31,128 nucleotides of DNA from Bdellovibrionota bacterium (GCA_044356215.1 JBIKWQ010000038.1:1-31128); one strand, 5' to 3'; counted from the first letter of the stretch, positions 1 through 9,565 are shown. Program-made: numbers and translations. The notes: generated by a model from the sequence alone, not told the origin.

Positions 1-99
1 GACGCAGAGGACACAGAGAAAACCCCATAATTGCCCATAAAATGGCCGTTCTCTGTGTCCTCTGCGTCCTCTGTGGTGATAAAGAACTGCGACGCCCTA
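1..99. repeat. CACAGAG/CTCTGTG hairpin repeat (REP/MITE-like), copy 1, cut by the window start
   Basis: GACGCAGAGGACACAGAGAA (1-20) is the reverse complement of TTCTCTGTGTCCTCTGCGTC (49-68). Positions 1-99 match 29815-29913 with 3 mismatches. Confidence 0.92.
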
Positions 100-183
100 A
101 ATCTTAGTAATTAAATTTGATTAACAATACGAGTTTGTTACCATAATGGGGTTATTAGTATTTTCTCTTATCGCTTTAGGGGT

Positions 184-741
184 GTGACGATGTCTCGTTA
201 TTTTTTAGGCAGTCTTCTTATCGGTCTACTATTAGTGAGTAGTGACGCGTCTTTCGCGGCAGGTGACTCGTGTATATCGTCTGAGTATGCGGTGAACTAC
301 TCGCAACGTCAGGTGCAATTAACGCAGAACTCTTTGATACGCCAGCAGAACGCTTTGTTGAGTCTCCAGAGTAGGATCGATGCCAGAACATTATCTTATC
401 AGTTGCAGGTAGATCAGGCTCTGGCTTGGAAGCAAGCGGCCGCTGGTATGACACTTGGAAATACAGTTGGCTGCGCTCTACGAACTGTGCGTTGGGGTGG
501 TAGTGGGCGCTGCTTCGCTAACTCCGTCTCATTCATCGTCAGGACTCAATCACGCGCTAACGCCGCTTACAATTTAGCGGTCAACAGGCTCAACACCTAC
601 CAGAACTCAGCTTCCTTGCAGGTATCTCGCATGCAGCAACGTGTAGCACAGGCGCAGATGAGCTACGACTCGGCCCTCAATAGTTATAAAAGCACTGAGG
701 ATACATACCTTAAATGTCGCTCTGCTCAGAGCGCGACCTAG
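184..741 (+). CDS. Hypothetical secreted Gln/Ser/Ala-rich coiled-coil protein with 4 Cys
   Basis: Signal-peptide-like N-terminus (RYFLGSLLIGLLLVSSDASFA) followed by long amphipathic helices. Start is GTG184 or ATG190. Its TAG overlaps the convergent gene's TAG in CTAG 738-741. Confidence 0.75.
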   Translation: MTMSRYFLGSLLIGLLLVSSDASFAAGDSCISSEYAVNYSQRQVQLTQNSLIRQQNALLSLQSRIDARTLSYQLQVDQALAWKQAAAGMTLGNTVGCALRTVRWGGSGRCFANSVSFIVRTQSRANAAYNLAVNRLNTYQNSASLQVSRMQQRVAQAQMSYDSALNSYKSTEDTYLKCRSAQSAT

Positions 742-1796
742 GGAAGCAAAGAAACGGCCGCGTTTCGGTAGAGGTCTAGCAGCGTCTCATTATCTAGGGA
801 GAATCCCCTCAAAGCTGGAGCGTCTAGAGGCGTATGCTTTTCGCTGTCTACCATGTGTAGATCCGGATCGGCTATCGGCGATTCATCGTGGTACGCGCTC
901 TCCAGTAAGGTTCTAAGCGCCCAATAACGAGAGGCATAAAGTTCATACGCCTCATCGGCGTTACTAGCCTTAGCGTCCATCTCTGAGGCGTTGTGCGCTT
1001 CAGAGACGTGCGACTCTCTGGCTACGATATCAGATCCAAAGAGCAACCTGCCACGCCACCTAGCGAAGAACTCGCGAACCTGTTTAGGTTCGTGCTTACT
1101 AAGCTCCCTAACGATCCACTTAGTGGCGCTACAGTCTAAATAGAGATTTGAGTTCCTAGTTAGGAGCCCAGAGAGAAAATTAAGGTCTTCCGGGTAGCCA
1201 CCCATGTGGGCAGCGATCCACGGGGTATTAAACCTCCCAAGAATACTCTCAAAAAGTTCGTACTGCTCTAATTTGGTGCCGTATTTTTTTGAGTCCCTGT
1301 ACTTAGTAGCAAACCATGTATCAGGGTCAGCGATATGAGCCATGAAGATCATTCCGTGATCAACGGCGGCTTTCATCGCATCTATTCGAAGTGGAGAGTC
1401 GATCCGAAATGGATTCGATGAGAAAGGCTCGCCGCTGTGGTCATAGATTCGAGGCGCGTTCCATATCTTGGCGATCCTTGCTCCATAGCTCTTAAATACC
1501 GCGAGATCTCGAATAAAGTCTCGTCCAAAAGCGGCTATCGGATCCGCTGTTCCAAAAGTTGGTATGGCGATAAAGCGGATTCGCTCACCTAAGTTTTGTC
1601 TCACTGTCTCAAGCTCGTGAACCGGTGTCATTGAATACGTCAAATTGACGCCATAATGATCGGCGGCGGATGCATAGAGCTTAGCGGCTATCGCGCCTTG
1701 GATATGGGAGTGGATGTCTATAATCCCACCTGGAATAGGCGAGAATTTCTTGGCTTCCTCTTGGTAGTTGATATTCAATCGGTTTGATGGGCGCAT
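738..1796 (-). CDS. Amidohydrolase superfamily (amidohydro_2-like) metal-dependent hydrolase
   Basis: Motifs IDIHSH (HxH), MAHIAD, IAAHMGG, NLYLDCS and LLFGSD. Confidence 0.85.
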   Translation of the reverse strand: MRPSNRLNINYQEEAKKFSPIPGGIIDIHSHIQGAIAAKLYASAADHYGVNLTYSMTPVHELETVRQNLGERIRFIAIPTFGTADPIAAFGRDFIRDLAVFKSYGARIAKIWNAPRIYDHSGEPFSSNPFRIDSPLRIDAMKAAVDHGMIFMAHIADPDTWFATKYRDSKKYGTKLEQYELFESILGRFNTPWIAAHMGGYPEDLNFLSGLLTRNSNLYLDCSATKWIVRELSKHEPKQVREFFARWRGRLLFGSDIVARESHVSEAHNASEMDAKASNADEAYELYASRYWALRTLLESAYHDESPIADPDLHMVDSEKHTPLDAPALRGFSLDNETLLDLYRNAAVSLLP

Positions 1797-1848
1797 AAGT
1801 CTGACTCAGTCACGGAGCTCTAGCTTCAGTGAACCTAAGGAAGGCCGG

Positions 1849-3612
1849 CTAATCAACACCTTGAAAAACCCTGTGCATCGCCGAAACGCCGATCCGCGTG
1901 GATATCTTGCCAACTACCAAATTAATCAGCAATAGAGAGCCTATACCACAGGTCAATAGAGCCACTAAATTCGCGGTGGTTTGAAAATAAGCCGGAAAGA
2001 ATATGTAGCCGCCGAACATGGCACCGAGCGGTATGAAGCTTACACAAACCACAAACAGCCCTAATACAAGATAGATCAATCCGCCCCAGCTCATAGCTAG
2101 CTCCGCGGGATGTTCCCAGTCAAATCGACTGAAGCGAGCGCCGATCCCTATGCCTAATGAGACCAATCCGTGAGTGATGATAAAAGCTGACATAGCTAGG
2201 GCGAGAATGCACAGTGGCTCAAGAGCCAGAGCCAGTCCCGCCGAGGAGAATAGAACCGCGCTGATAAATCCGATCGGAGTTGCCCAACTGAAATACTTGG
2301 CCCTCAGAATAGCCTTAATATCGATCGGCGCTATCTGCAGGATCCACAGAGACGATCCCTCAAGAGATACCGATGGAAACACGAATCTTGAGCAGATCGA
2401 AAGTATTATGAGAGAGCTAATAACTAGAAAGGAAGAGAGAGCGATTAGGTCCCAGGCTCGCAAGACCCACGGTCCAACATTTGTCGGGGAGGATATGCTT
2501 TGAAAGTTGATGAAGTAAACCACACAGATCGTTAAGAACATCGCTAGCTGAATTGTATGCGCCAGTTCGCGTGTGAATGAGAACAACTCTCGAGTCGCCA
2601 TCGCACGAGTAGCTTGAGATAGCCCTGGGATAATGATTCTTCGTCTAGACTCGCCACCTCGGGTAAATAAGAGACAGGCCCGTGGTTTGGCGTGCAGTCG
2701 ATTGTAACCGAGATGGTATAATCTCTGATAGACACACGATAAGACGTACCACATGGCGATTATAAGACCGCATAAGGCGGCGGTTTGCGGATAAGGAAAG
2801 GCTAATATCGTATCGCCAGAGACCGCGTTAAGAGCTTGAGCTAACCAGGTTGATGGGAGAAGCGGCTGGTCGACAAACTTTAGAAATATAGATTCACGCG
2901 GGTTTGAGATAGCTTTCGTGATCACTTGAGAATTAGTCGTTCCGTTGCAGAGAGCTAATAGGAATCCCAAAACCATTACAAACAAAGCGACAAACACGTT
3001 CCTTCCCGCGCGCGCTGGTATCACGCAGGCGCAGAAGATTGATAGTGTCATTCCGCACAGAACGGCCAGTAGGAGGAAGATTCCCAATAGTAGCGGTGCC
3101 GCTATGTAGTAAGTCACACCCGAATTATAGAATGCTCCGACAGAAAGGTACGGAGGTAGGCAAAACACCACAATCATCCAGGTTGTGGAGATCAGGACCT
3201 CGCTGACCTTGCCCCGCAGAAACGAACGGCTGCTGACTGGCGCTGACAATAGTAGATCAACGTCACGCGCCATAAATAGGCTGCTTAGGCCAGTGACTGT
3301 GGCTGATATTAAAATCAAGCTAAACAATCCGAGCGCGAATCCTTGCAGTATGTTTAGAGAGATCTCACTAGGTAAGTTTGCTTTTCGTATCTCCAGGAGG
3401 GATTTGTCGGTCCCGAGGTAGAGACAGAACATAAGTAAAGCCGTGACACCGATACCAAACAGATCTGTCGCCAGATAAACTCTCCGCTTAAAGTAGCGAT
3501 TCTTTAGTGCTAAGAGCTTAGGTTGTAGCGTGATCGGTACCGCTCTCAGTAGCCATCCCATTTTTCTTTCGGGCTTTCTCTTGGGTGGCGAAGTCATATT
3601 AGAGGCGCTCAT
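1849..3612 (-). CDS. Putative ABC-2 type exporter permease (large, multi-TM)
   Basis: Many hydrophobic segments; duplicated LLSAPV / ILQIAPI motifs and FPSVSLEG; directly downstream of an ABC ATPase. Confidence 0.8.
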   Translation of the reverse strand: MSASNMTSPPKRKPERKMGWLLRAVPITLQPKLLALKNRYFKRRVYLATDLFGIGVTALLMFCLYLGTDKSLLEIRKANLPSEISLNILQGFALGLFSLILISATVTGLSSLFMARDVDLLLSAPVSSRSFLRGKVSEVLISTTWMIVVFCLPPYLSVGAFYNSGVTYYIAAPLLLGIFLLLAVLCGMTLSIFCACVIPARAGRNVFVALFVMVLGFLLALCNGTTNSQVITKAISNPRESIFLKFVDQPLLPSTWLAQALNAVSGDTILAFPYPQTAALCGLIIAMWYVLSCVYQRLYHLGYNRLHAKPRACLLFTRGGESRRRIIIPGLSQATRAMATRELFSFTRELAHTIQLAMFLTICVVYFINFQSISSPTNVGPWVLRAWDLIALSSFLVISSLIILSICSRFVFPSVSLEGSSLWILQIAPIDIKAILRAKYFSWATPIGFISAVLFSSAGLALALEPLCILALAMSAFIITHGLVSLGIGIGARFSRFDWEHPAELAMSWGGLIYLVLGLFVVCVSFIPLGAMFGGYIFFPAYFQTTANLVALLTCGIGSLLLINLVVGKISTRIGVSAMHRVFQGVD

Positions 3613-3629
3613 AAATCTCCTTAAACGAC

Positions 3630-4364
3630 CTAGTGCTCAACCTGCGGAGTCGTTAACTCTAAGAATATATCCTCTAAGTCCTCAGCTGCTCCGCCTGAAG
3701 TGTCGCGAATATCCGATAGAGTTCCTGTGGCTATCAGAGATCCCTTATGAATAATCGCCATATTGTCCGCTAGCTCTTCCGCGACATTAAGAGAGTGAGT
3801 AGACAAAAAGACCGTCATTCCTGACGCGGCGTACCTCTTAAAAGCGCTCTTAAGGTTTTTAGCTCCGTGAGGATCGAGTCCAACCATCGGCTCATCGACG
3901 ATTAAGATCCGAGGATCGTGAACCAGCGCGCCACACAGCGCGATCCTCTGTTTCATCCCGTGCGAGTAGCTCTCGATTAAAGCGTCCTGCCAAGGAGTAA
4001 GTGAATACTCCTCCAACACTTCATCGATTCTTCGCTCCGCTTGCTTGGCTGGCACTTTATACAGATCGCACATGAAATAGAGGAACTCACGACCCGTCAA
4101 TTTAGTGTATACATGCGGACGATCTGGAACGTATCCGAGGATCTTCTTGGCGTCGATAGCCTCGTTGTTTAGATCGAAACCTCCGAGACGCACTATTCCT
4201 GAGGTTGGCGAAAGGATGCCGGTTAACATCTTAATTGTGGTTGTTTTTCCGGCGCCGTTCATGCCGAGGAACGCGAATATACTGCCCGGAGGAACACTCA
4301 ACGATACATCGTTAACAGCCTTGAATGAGCCGTAGGTTTTTGAGACGTTTTTAAGTTCAATCAT
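3630..4364 (-). CDS. ABC transporter ATP-binding protein
   Basis: Walker A GMNGAGKTT, signature YSHGMKQR, Walker B LIVDEP, H-loop STH. Start ATG4364 (alternative GTG4409). Confidence 0.93.
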   Translation of the reverse strand: MIELKNVSKTYGSFKAVNDVSLSVPPGSIFAFLGMNGAGKTTTIKMLTGILSPTSGIVRLGGFDLNNEAIDAKKILGYVPDRPHVYTKLTGREFLYFMCDLYKVPAKQAERRIDEVLEEYSLTPWQDALIESYSHGMKQRIALCGALVHDPRILIVDEPMVGLDPHGAKNLKSAFKRYAASGMTVFLSTHSLNVAEELADNMAIIHKGSLIATGTLSDIRDTSGGAAEDLEDIFLELTTPQVEH

Positions 4365-4564
4365 GATGTTTTCTTGGTCGCGTGAGCTGACTAGACTCTG
4401 TTTGTCCACCGAAGCGAGTCAAAGCGATCGCTTGGATACTTATTATGATGCCTGTCCTGGCAAATCCTATTCTATTTTCGTGAGTGGAGATTCGCTGAGC
4501 TATCAGCTAGTTAGGAGTAAAGCTCGAAAAATTATCGTGATGACGGGGCGAAAACTGGATTCCC

Positions 4565-4616
4565 TAAGGAAGGCCGGCAAAACCTCGCTTACGGGATGTT
4601 TTGCCTCGCCTCCTTA
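4565..4616. repeat. REP-like imperfect palindrome (GGCAAAAC-CTCGCTTACG family), at the trmB stop
   Basis: TAAGGAAGGCCGGCAAAAC...GTTTTGCCTCGCCTCCTTA. The 19-nt core CGGCAAAACCTCGCTTACG is identical to 15580-15598. Confidence 0.7.
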
Positions 4617-5273
4617 AGATTCCCCTTTGATGACCTCTAACAAGCAGAGCTGTTTGTTTTGAGATTTAAAAAGATACTCGAATTCAGTCGGAATATTATC
4701 AGCAGCCCACTCGCTCTTTAGAAGATCAGTCGAGAATTTGCGAGAAGTCCAGAGAGGAGGCTTGAGTAGTTCTGCCACTGAATGAAAATACTCGTGATGG
4801 TCGGTCTTATAGCGTAGGAATCCAGAATCTTTTAAAAGTGTTCGCATGGTAACGAGCATCTCATCGTTTAAGATCCTGTTTTTCTTCCACCGTCTTTTAT
4901 CCCACGGGTCGGGATAGTTCACGAGGAACGCGTCGACTTCATCTGGTGAGAATATCTCATTTAAATAACGTGCGTCTGTTCTGATAACTAGCGCGTTTAG
5001 TAAGCCCATCCGCTCGGCTTTCTCCCCGGTTTTAAAAGCGCGCTTGAAGCGGATCTCCAATCCTACGCAGAGAGCTTGAGGGTTGCGTTTCGCCAGTTCA
5101 AGCAGATGTAGCCCGGACCCTGAGCCGATCTCCACGAATAACTCCTTATAGTTTGGTTTAAGTTGAGCTATAAGATCGCGAGACTGGGCTGGCGACTCCC
5201 TGTCGCGTTCAGCGACGATGTGCCGTGGCTTAGTGCTAACAAGCTTTATGTATTGGTTCTCCCAGGTGGTCAT
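4614..5273 (-). CDS. trmB: tRNA (guanine-N7)-methyltransferase
   Basis: VEIGSGSG, GLEIR, NYPDPWDKRRWKKNR, KTDHHEY and TEFE motifs. Confidence 0.93.
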   Translation of the reverse strand: MTTWENQYIKLVSTKPRHIVAERDRESPAQSRDLIAQLKPNYKELFVEIGSGSGLHLLELAKRNPQALCVGLEIRFKRAFKTGEKAERMGLLNALVIRTDARYLNEIFSPDEVDAFLVNYPDPWDKRRWKKNRILNDEMLVTMRTLLKDSGFLRYKTDHHEYFHSVAELLKPPLWTSRKFSTDLLKSEWAADNIPTEFEYLFKSQNKQLCLLEVIKGES

Positions 5274-5281
5274 TGATGCCT

Positions 5282-5311
5282 AGTCTACAGGAATGGCTGG
5301 GCGGGAATCAA
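5282..5311 (-). promoter_or_regulatory. Putative sigma70 promoter of trmB
   Basis: Minus strand reads TTGATT-N18-TAGACT; 8 nt separate the -10 box from the ATG. Confidence 0.45.
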
Positions 5312-5340
5312 ATGGGGGGCGGTTGTAATCGTAGATCCGC

Positions 5341-6165
5341 ATGATTCGCTTAATGAAAATAGGTCGACCAGCGTTATTTGGGCTATTTTCGCGGCAGGGG
5401 CAGGCGATCCAGGCGCGTCAGGCGAGATGCGAGCGGTGGTGGGAGCCACACACAGTTAATTGCCGTGATTACATAGCGCGGCATCTTCCCAAGTCTAAGA
5501 GTGTCGCTGTCTTAGGTGCTGGCAGGCTGCTTGATATCGATGTGGATCTCGTACTCTCAAGGTGCGAGAGCGCGCATCTCTTTGACGCGGATCTAACGGC
5601 GGTAAGGTATTGGAGGAAGCGCTTCGGAGCAAAATACAGAGAGAGGTTAGTATTTCGGCATTTAGATCTGACTGAATGTTTGCATCAGTGGGCCAAGGGG
5701 TTGCCAAAGCGGTCTTTCGCCGAATATCTGAATCAGCTAAAGGCGCCGATACCAGCTTGGTCCAGCGAACCGTTTGATGGTTATATCTCGCTCAATCTGC
5801 TTGGACAGATACCGCTATATTGGCGAGACAGAGTTGTTGACTTATGTCGAGGTCTCTCGAGTGATGAGTGGAACGCCCTGACAAACTCTATGGGGAAACT
5901 CCAAGAGTCTCATTTAAAGGCGTTGCTATTGGATAAAGATAGGTGGTCTCTCCTACTTACTGATACTGAGTACTACTATTATCACTGTGACCAGAGTCAT
6001 TGGCGAGTGGAGCCGGCTATCTTCGGAAGGGCGAAGGATCTTTACGAGCGCGAGTTCGCTCATCTGTCCGGCGGAGAGGCGTGGTTGTGGCATATCGCGC
6101 CGCAGTTTGTCGAGAGTGACGACGAGGGGGAGATCCATCGAGTCGAAGCTCATTTCAAGAGGTAG
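5341..6165 (+). CDS. Hypothetical protein, class I SAM-methyltransferase-like fold
   Basis: VAVLGAG glycine loop, an acidic residue after strand 2 (LFDAD), then DLT and ISLNLLGQ segments. Confidence 0.6.
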   Translation: MIRLMKIGRPALFGLFSRQGQAIQARQARCERWWEPHTVNCRDYIARHLPKSKSVAVLGAGRLLDIDVDLVLSRCESAHLFDADLTAVRYWRKRFGAKYRERLVFRHLDLTECLHQWAKGLPKRSFAEYLNQLKAPIPAWSSEPFDGYISLNLLGQIPLYWRDRVVDLCRGLSSDEWNALTNSMGKLQESHLKALLLDKDRWSLLLTDTEYYYYHCDQSHWRVEPAIFGRAKDLYEREFAHLSGGEAWLWHIAPQFVESDDEGEIHRVEAHFKR

Positions 6166-6209
6166 TGATGGCGCGTGGTATGTGTTAATAATACCTTCGG
6201 AGAAACGCC

Positions 6210-6920
6210 ATGGAATTTTTTAGTATCGAAAACTTAATCGCCCTAATCTCGCTGACCTCTTTAGAGATCGTCTTAGGGATAGACAATATAGTATTTATCG
6301 CGATTATCGCCTCAAGGTTAGGCCCAGAGCGACGGAATTCCGCTCGGATAGTCGGATTGCTGGTCGCGATCGTCACGCGCCTATTGCTCCTCTTTACACT
6401 ATCTTTTCTCGCTTCGCTTACAACGCCTCTATTCACGGCGTTCGGACATCCGTTAAGTGGCCGAGACCTAATCCTGATCTGTGGCGGTGTTTTCCTAATA
6501 TACAAGGCAACCAAAGAGATCCATGAGAAAGTCGAGCAACACGAGAGCGAGCTTGATCTCGCCGGGGGAGCTAAAGCTGTTACATTTGGCGGAGTGATAG
6601 CGCAGATAGTATTAATTGATCTGATCTTCTCGCTAGACTCGGTAATTACCGCTATTGGAATGACGGACAATCTGCCGGTGATGGCGCTAGCTGTTATATT
6701 GGCGGTGGTCGTTATGCTGATCTTCTCGGGCAAGATCGTCGATTTTATCGAGGCCAATCCGACTGTGAAGATGTTAGCGTTATCATTTCTCTTGATGGTG
6801 GGTTTTGTTCTTGTGCTAGATGGAAGCGGCCACCATATAGAGAAGGGATATATTTACTTCGCGATGGCGTTCTCTTTAGGTGTGGAGATGCTCAACTTGA
6901 AGGCGGCGAAAAAGGGGTAG
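6210..6920 (+). CDS. TerC family integral membrane protein
   Basis: LEIVLGIDN, DLIFSLDSVITA and KGYIYFAMAFS motifs. Confidence 0.93.
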   Translation: MEFFSIENLIALISLTSLEIVLGIDNIVFIAIIASRLGPERRNSARIVGLLVAIVTRLLLLFTLSFLASLTTPLFTAFGHPLSGRDLILICGGVFLIYKATKEIHEKVEQHESELDLAGGAKAVTFGGVIAQIVLIDLIFSLDSVITAIGMTDNLPVMALAVILAVVVMLIFSGKIVDFIEANPTVKMLALSFLLMVGFVLVLDGSGHHIEKGYIYFAMAFSLGVEMLNLKAAKKG

Positions 6921-6925
6921 GAGAG

Positions 6926-7918
6926 CTATAGAGTCGCCGCGATAGCCGCGGATCCGACAAGAGCTGCTGTATCATCCTTAATAATAAATACAGGGGTCGC
7001 CTCAACTCGGTCACGTAGCTTCCCTTTTCTTAGGTAACCCTCCATAAACTTACCCCCCAAGATAAATGGCGCTATCTTGGGTGGTATACCACCACCTAGG
7101 TATATTCCCCCGGTGGAGAGATAGGTTAATCCTATATTACTGCAGTGAGCTCCTAGGATCTGACAGAAAAGCTCGAGGGATTTCACTGATAGCTCATCGG
7201 CCCCAGAGAGAGCTCGATTGGATATTACAGAGGCGCTTACTGGCTGAGCCCCTGGTAGTTTATCCTCCTCAGGCCCGGTTCCGTGTCCAGTATCGCGGAG
7301 AAATGAGTAGATATTCACAAGACCCGGCCCACAAACGATCGACTCTACGCTTACGTGCGGTAACTTATTTCTTAGGTATTTAAAGAGCTCGAGCTCGATG
7401 TCAGTGCAGGGAGCGAAGTTGGCGTGTCCCCCTTCTGACGCCAGCACCACTGTCCAACCCGCCTCTCTGTGCAGAAGTGAATGGCCCAGTCCAGTTCCCG
7501 GAGCTATGACAGCGCACGAGCCTGATAGATCGCTCGATGGCCCGCCCTTTGATACCACCTCAAGCGAGGTGGGTTCCAATAGAGGTATAGCCGCTGCTGT
7601 GCTGACTAGATCGTTTACCAATTTTGTTTTTGGAATCCCAAGGCAGGAGGAAACCGATGCCTGCGATACTTCCCACGGGAGGTTTGTTACCTTAACACGA
7701 CCGTTTATAACTGGTCCCGGTAGTCCGAAGCACGCCGACTCAAGGTTGCTCCGCATATTTGAACGGTGCGAATCTACAAACGTCTTTAATAGCTCCTCGA
7801 AGCTCGAAAAAGAATTGCTGTGATACTGCTCTGAGACTGCCAGCTCCACTCTGCCAGCCTGTCGAGTAAAGAGACCGATACGAGCTTTGGTGCCACCCAC
7901 ATCTCCGGCGATTATCAT
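6926..7918 (-). CDS. glk: Glucokinase
   Basis: AGDVGGT, TNLPW, LVND, PGTGLG, SEGGH and GGIYLGGGI. Start placed at ATG7918, which has an upstream GAGGAG Shine-Dalgarno. Confidence 0.93.
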   Translation of the reverse strand: MIIAGDVGGTKARIGLFTRQAGRVELAVSEQYHSNSFSSFEELLKTFVDSHRSNMRSNLESACFGLPGPVINGRVKVTNLPWEVSQASVSSCLGIPKTKLVNDLVSTAAAIPLLEPTSLEVVSKGGPSSDLSGSCAVIAPGTGLGHSLLHREAGWTVVLASEGGHANFAPCTDIELELFKYLRNKLPHVSVESIVCGPGLVNIYSFLRDTGHGTGPEEDKLPGAQPVSASVISNRALSGADELSVKSLELFCQILGAHCSNIGLTYLSTGGIYLGGGIPPKIAPFILGGKFMEGYLRKGKLRDRVEATPVFIIKDDTAALVGSAAIAATL

Positions 7919-8116
7919 AGCGTATAACTCCTCTGAAGCGCGCGTTGTTTGAGGAAGAGTATCCCTTAATCGCTGTGGATAAAACAAGCTGTTTGCGAAA
8001 TGTAGCTAAGATCGGGAACGTAGACTTTAGTAACTTATAAAACTATACTTCCGCATCGGATTAATAACAGAACCATTTGTAAAAATATGGCGCTTAAATA
8101 AGCAAACGGAGCCCAG

Positions 8117-9490
8117 ATGAAGGTACTAATGCTCGGTTGGGAATACCCCCCGCATATATCCGGAGGCTTAGGTACCGCTTGCGCCGGGTTGACTGCCGCC
8201 CTTGCTGATAAGGGGGTAGATATTCACTTCATAGTTCCCAAAGTTATCGGTGATGAGGTGGTTCCACATATGGCTTTCACCGATTCGCGTGGCTGCGCCA
8301 GTAGCACAAAGAAGATAGAAGATAACGAGTTGGGTAAAACAGAGGTAACCCGACTGCCAGCTTTCCTTAACCCGTATTGGAATCAGAAACATTTTGCCGC
8401 CGCGGTTGCCAGCTCCCATGTTAACTCCGCGAGACTCTCATCTAAGATAGGGGTCCCTGAAGTTGACGCTGTTAGCCAGGCGCTCGAGGATGGCGAGGTT
8501 TTTGGGGTCAATCCTGCTTCCGAGTCCAGAGAGGGTGGCTCCGCGGAGCGCCACAAAATCGCTCGAGGCCTGTTTTCTGAGGTTGAGAGATTTACCGCCG
8601 ATATTCTTTCACGATTCGCTAATGGGGATTTTGATCTGATACACGCGCACGATTGGATGACTTTTCCGGCCGCGGTAGCGCTATCTCATACTACTGGGCG
8701 ACCGATGATCGCGCACGTTCACAGCTTGGAACATGATCGGAGCGGGCTTTTTTACGATCGAGAGATCGATGCGATAGAGCGCTTCGGCCTCCGTTCCGCT
8801 AATAAGATCATCGCGGTTAGTCACTACACAAAGAAGTCGATCGAGCGGAATCACCTTATACCTGGAGATCGAGTGGAGGTTGTCCATAACGGGATTTATC
8901 CGAGGCAGGTAATAACTGATTACCGAGGTCGCAAGACTTGGCCTAAACATGTTGTGTTATTCTTAGGCAGAGTGACTTATCAGAAGGGGCCGGATTATTT
9001 CGTTGAGGTAGCCAATAAAGTTATTCCACATCTTGATGACGTGCTCTTCGTACTGGCTGGCAGTGGTGATATGCTCCCGGAGCTTCAATCTAGGGTGAGG
9101 GAGCTCAATTTAGATCAACACTTTCTATTTCCTGGCTTCGTTCAAGGTGAGGAGTTAGAGGAGCTCTTTTCTGTAGCTGACCTCTATGTCATGCCTTCGG
9201 TATCGGAGCCTTTTGGTATAGCGGCGCTAGAGGCGATCAGTTTTAACACACCGACGATCCTGTCAAAGCAGTCTGGTGTAGCTGAGGTGATCGAGCACGC
9301 TCTCAAGGTCGATTTTTGGGATATTGATCGAATGGCTGATCTGATAATCAACGCGCTCAATTACAGTGAATTGAGGGTTGAGCTAGTGGAGAACGCGAAG
9401 AACGAAGTGGCGCGACTCCATTGGGGGGTTGCGGCGGAGAGGGTGACCGAGATCTATGGGCAAGTGATCGAGTCCCGTAAGACTAAGTGA
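8117..9490 (+). CDS. GT4/glycogen-synthase-like glycosyltransferase
   Basis: GWEYPPHISGGLG, HAHDW, GRVTYQKG and SVSEPFGIAALEA. Confidence 0.9.
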   Translation: MKVLMLGWEYPPHISGGLGTACAGLTAALADKGVDIHFIVPKVIGDEVVPHMAFTDSRGCASSTKKIEDNELGKTEVTRLPAFLNPYWNQKHFAAAVASSHVNSARLSSKIGVPEVDAVSQALEDGEVFGVNPASESREGGSAERHKIARGLFSEVERFTADILSRFANGDFDLIHAHDWMTFPAAVALSHTTGRPMIAHVHSLEHDRSGLFYDREIDAIERFGLRSANKIIAVSHYTKKSIERNHLIPGDRVEVVHNGIYPRQVITDYRGRKTWPKHVVLFLGRVTYQKGPDYFVEVANKVIPHLDDVLFVLAGSGDMLPELQSRVRELNLDQHFLFPGFVQGEELEELFSVADLYVMPSVSEPFGIAALEAISFNTPTILSKQSGVAEVIEHALKVDFWDIDRMADLIINALNYSELRVELVENAKNEVARLHWGVAAERVTEIYGQVIESRKTK

Positions 9491-9565
9491 GCCTTATCCG
9501 CTAATCCATTCTCAGATCTGTAACTTGAGTTAACGGTTTGAATGTTAGTAAGAGAGCGACATTAA

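Noticed and set aside
6185..6757. 190-aa minus-strand ORF
   Set aside because: Antisense shadow of the TerC gene, with no recognisable motifs.
7974..7982. Perfect DnaA box (TGTGGATAA) as oriC
   Set aside because: It is a single box in a short intergenic region, with no box cluster and no dnaA nearby.
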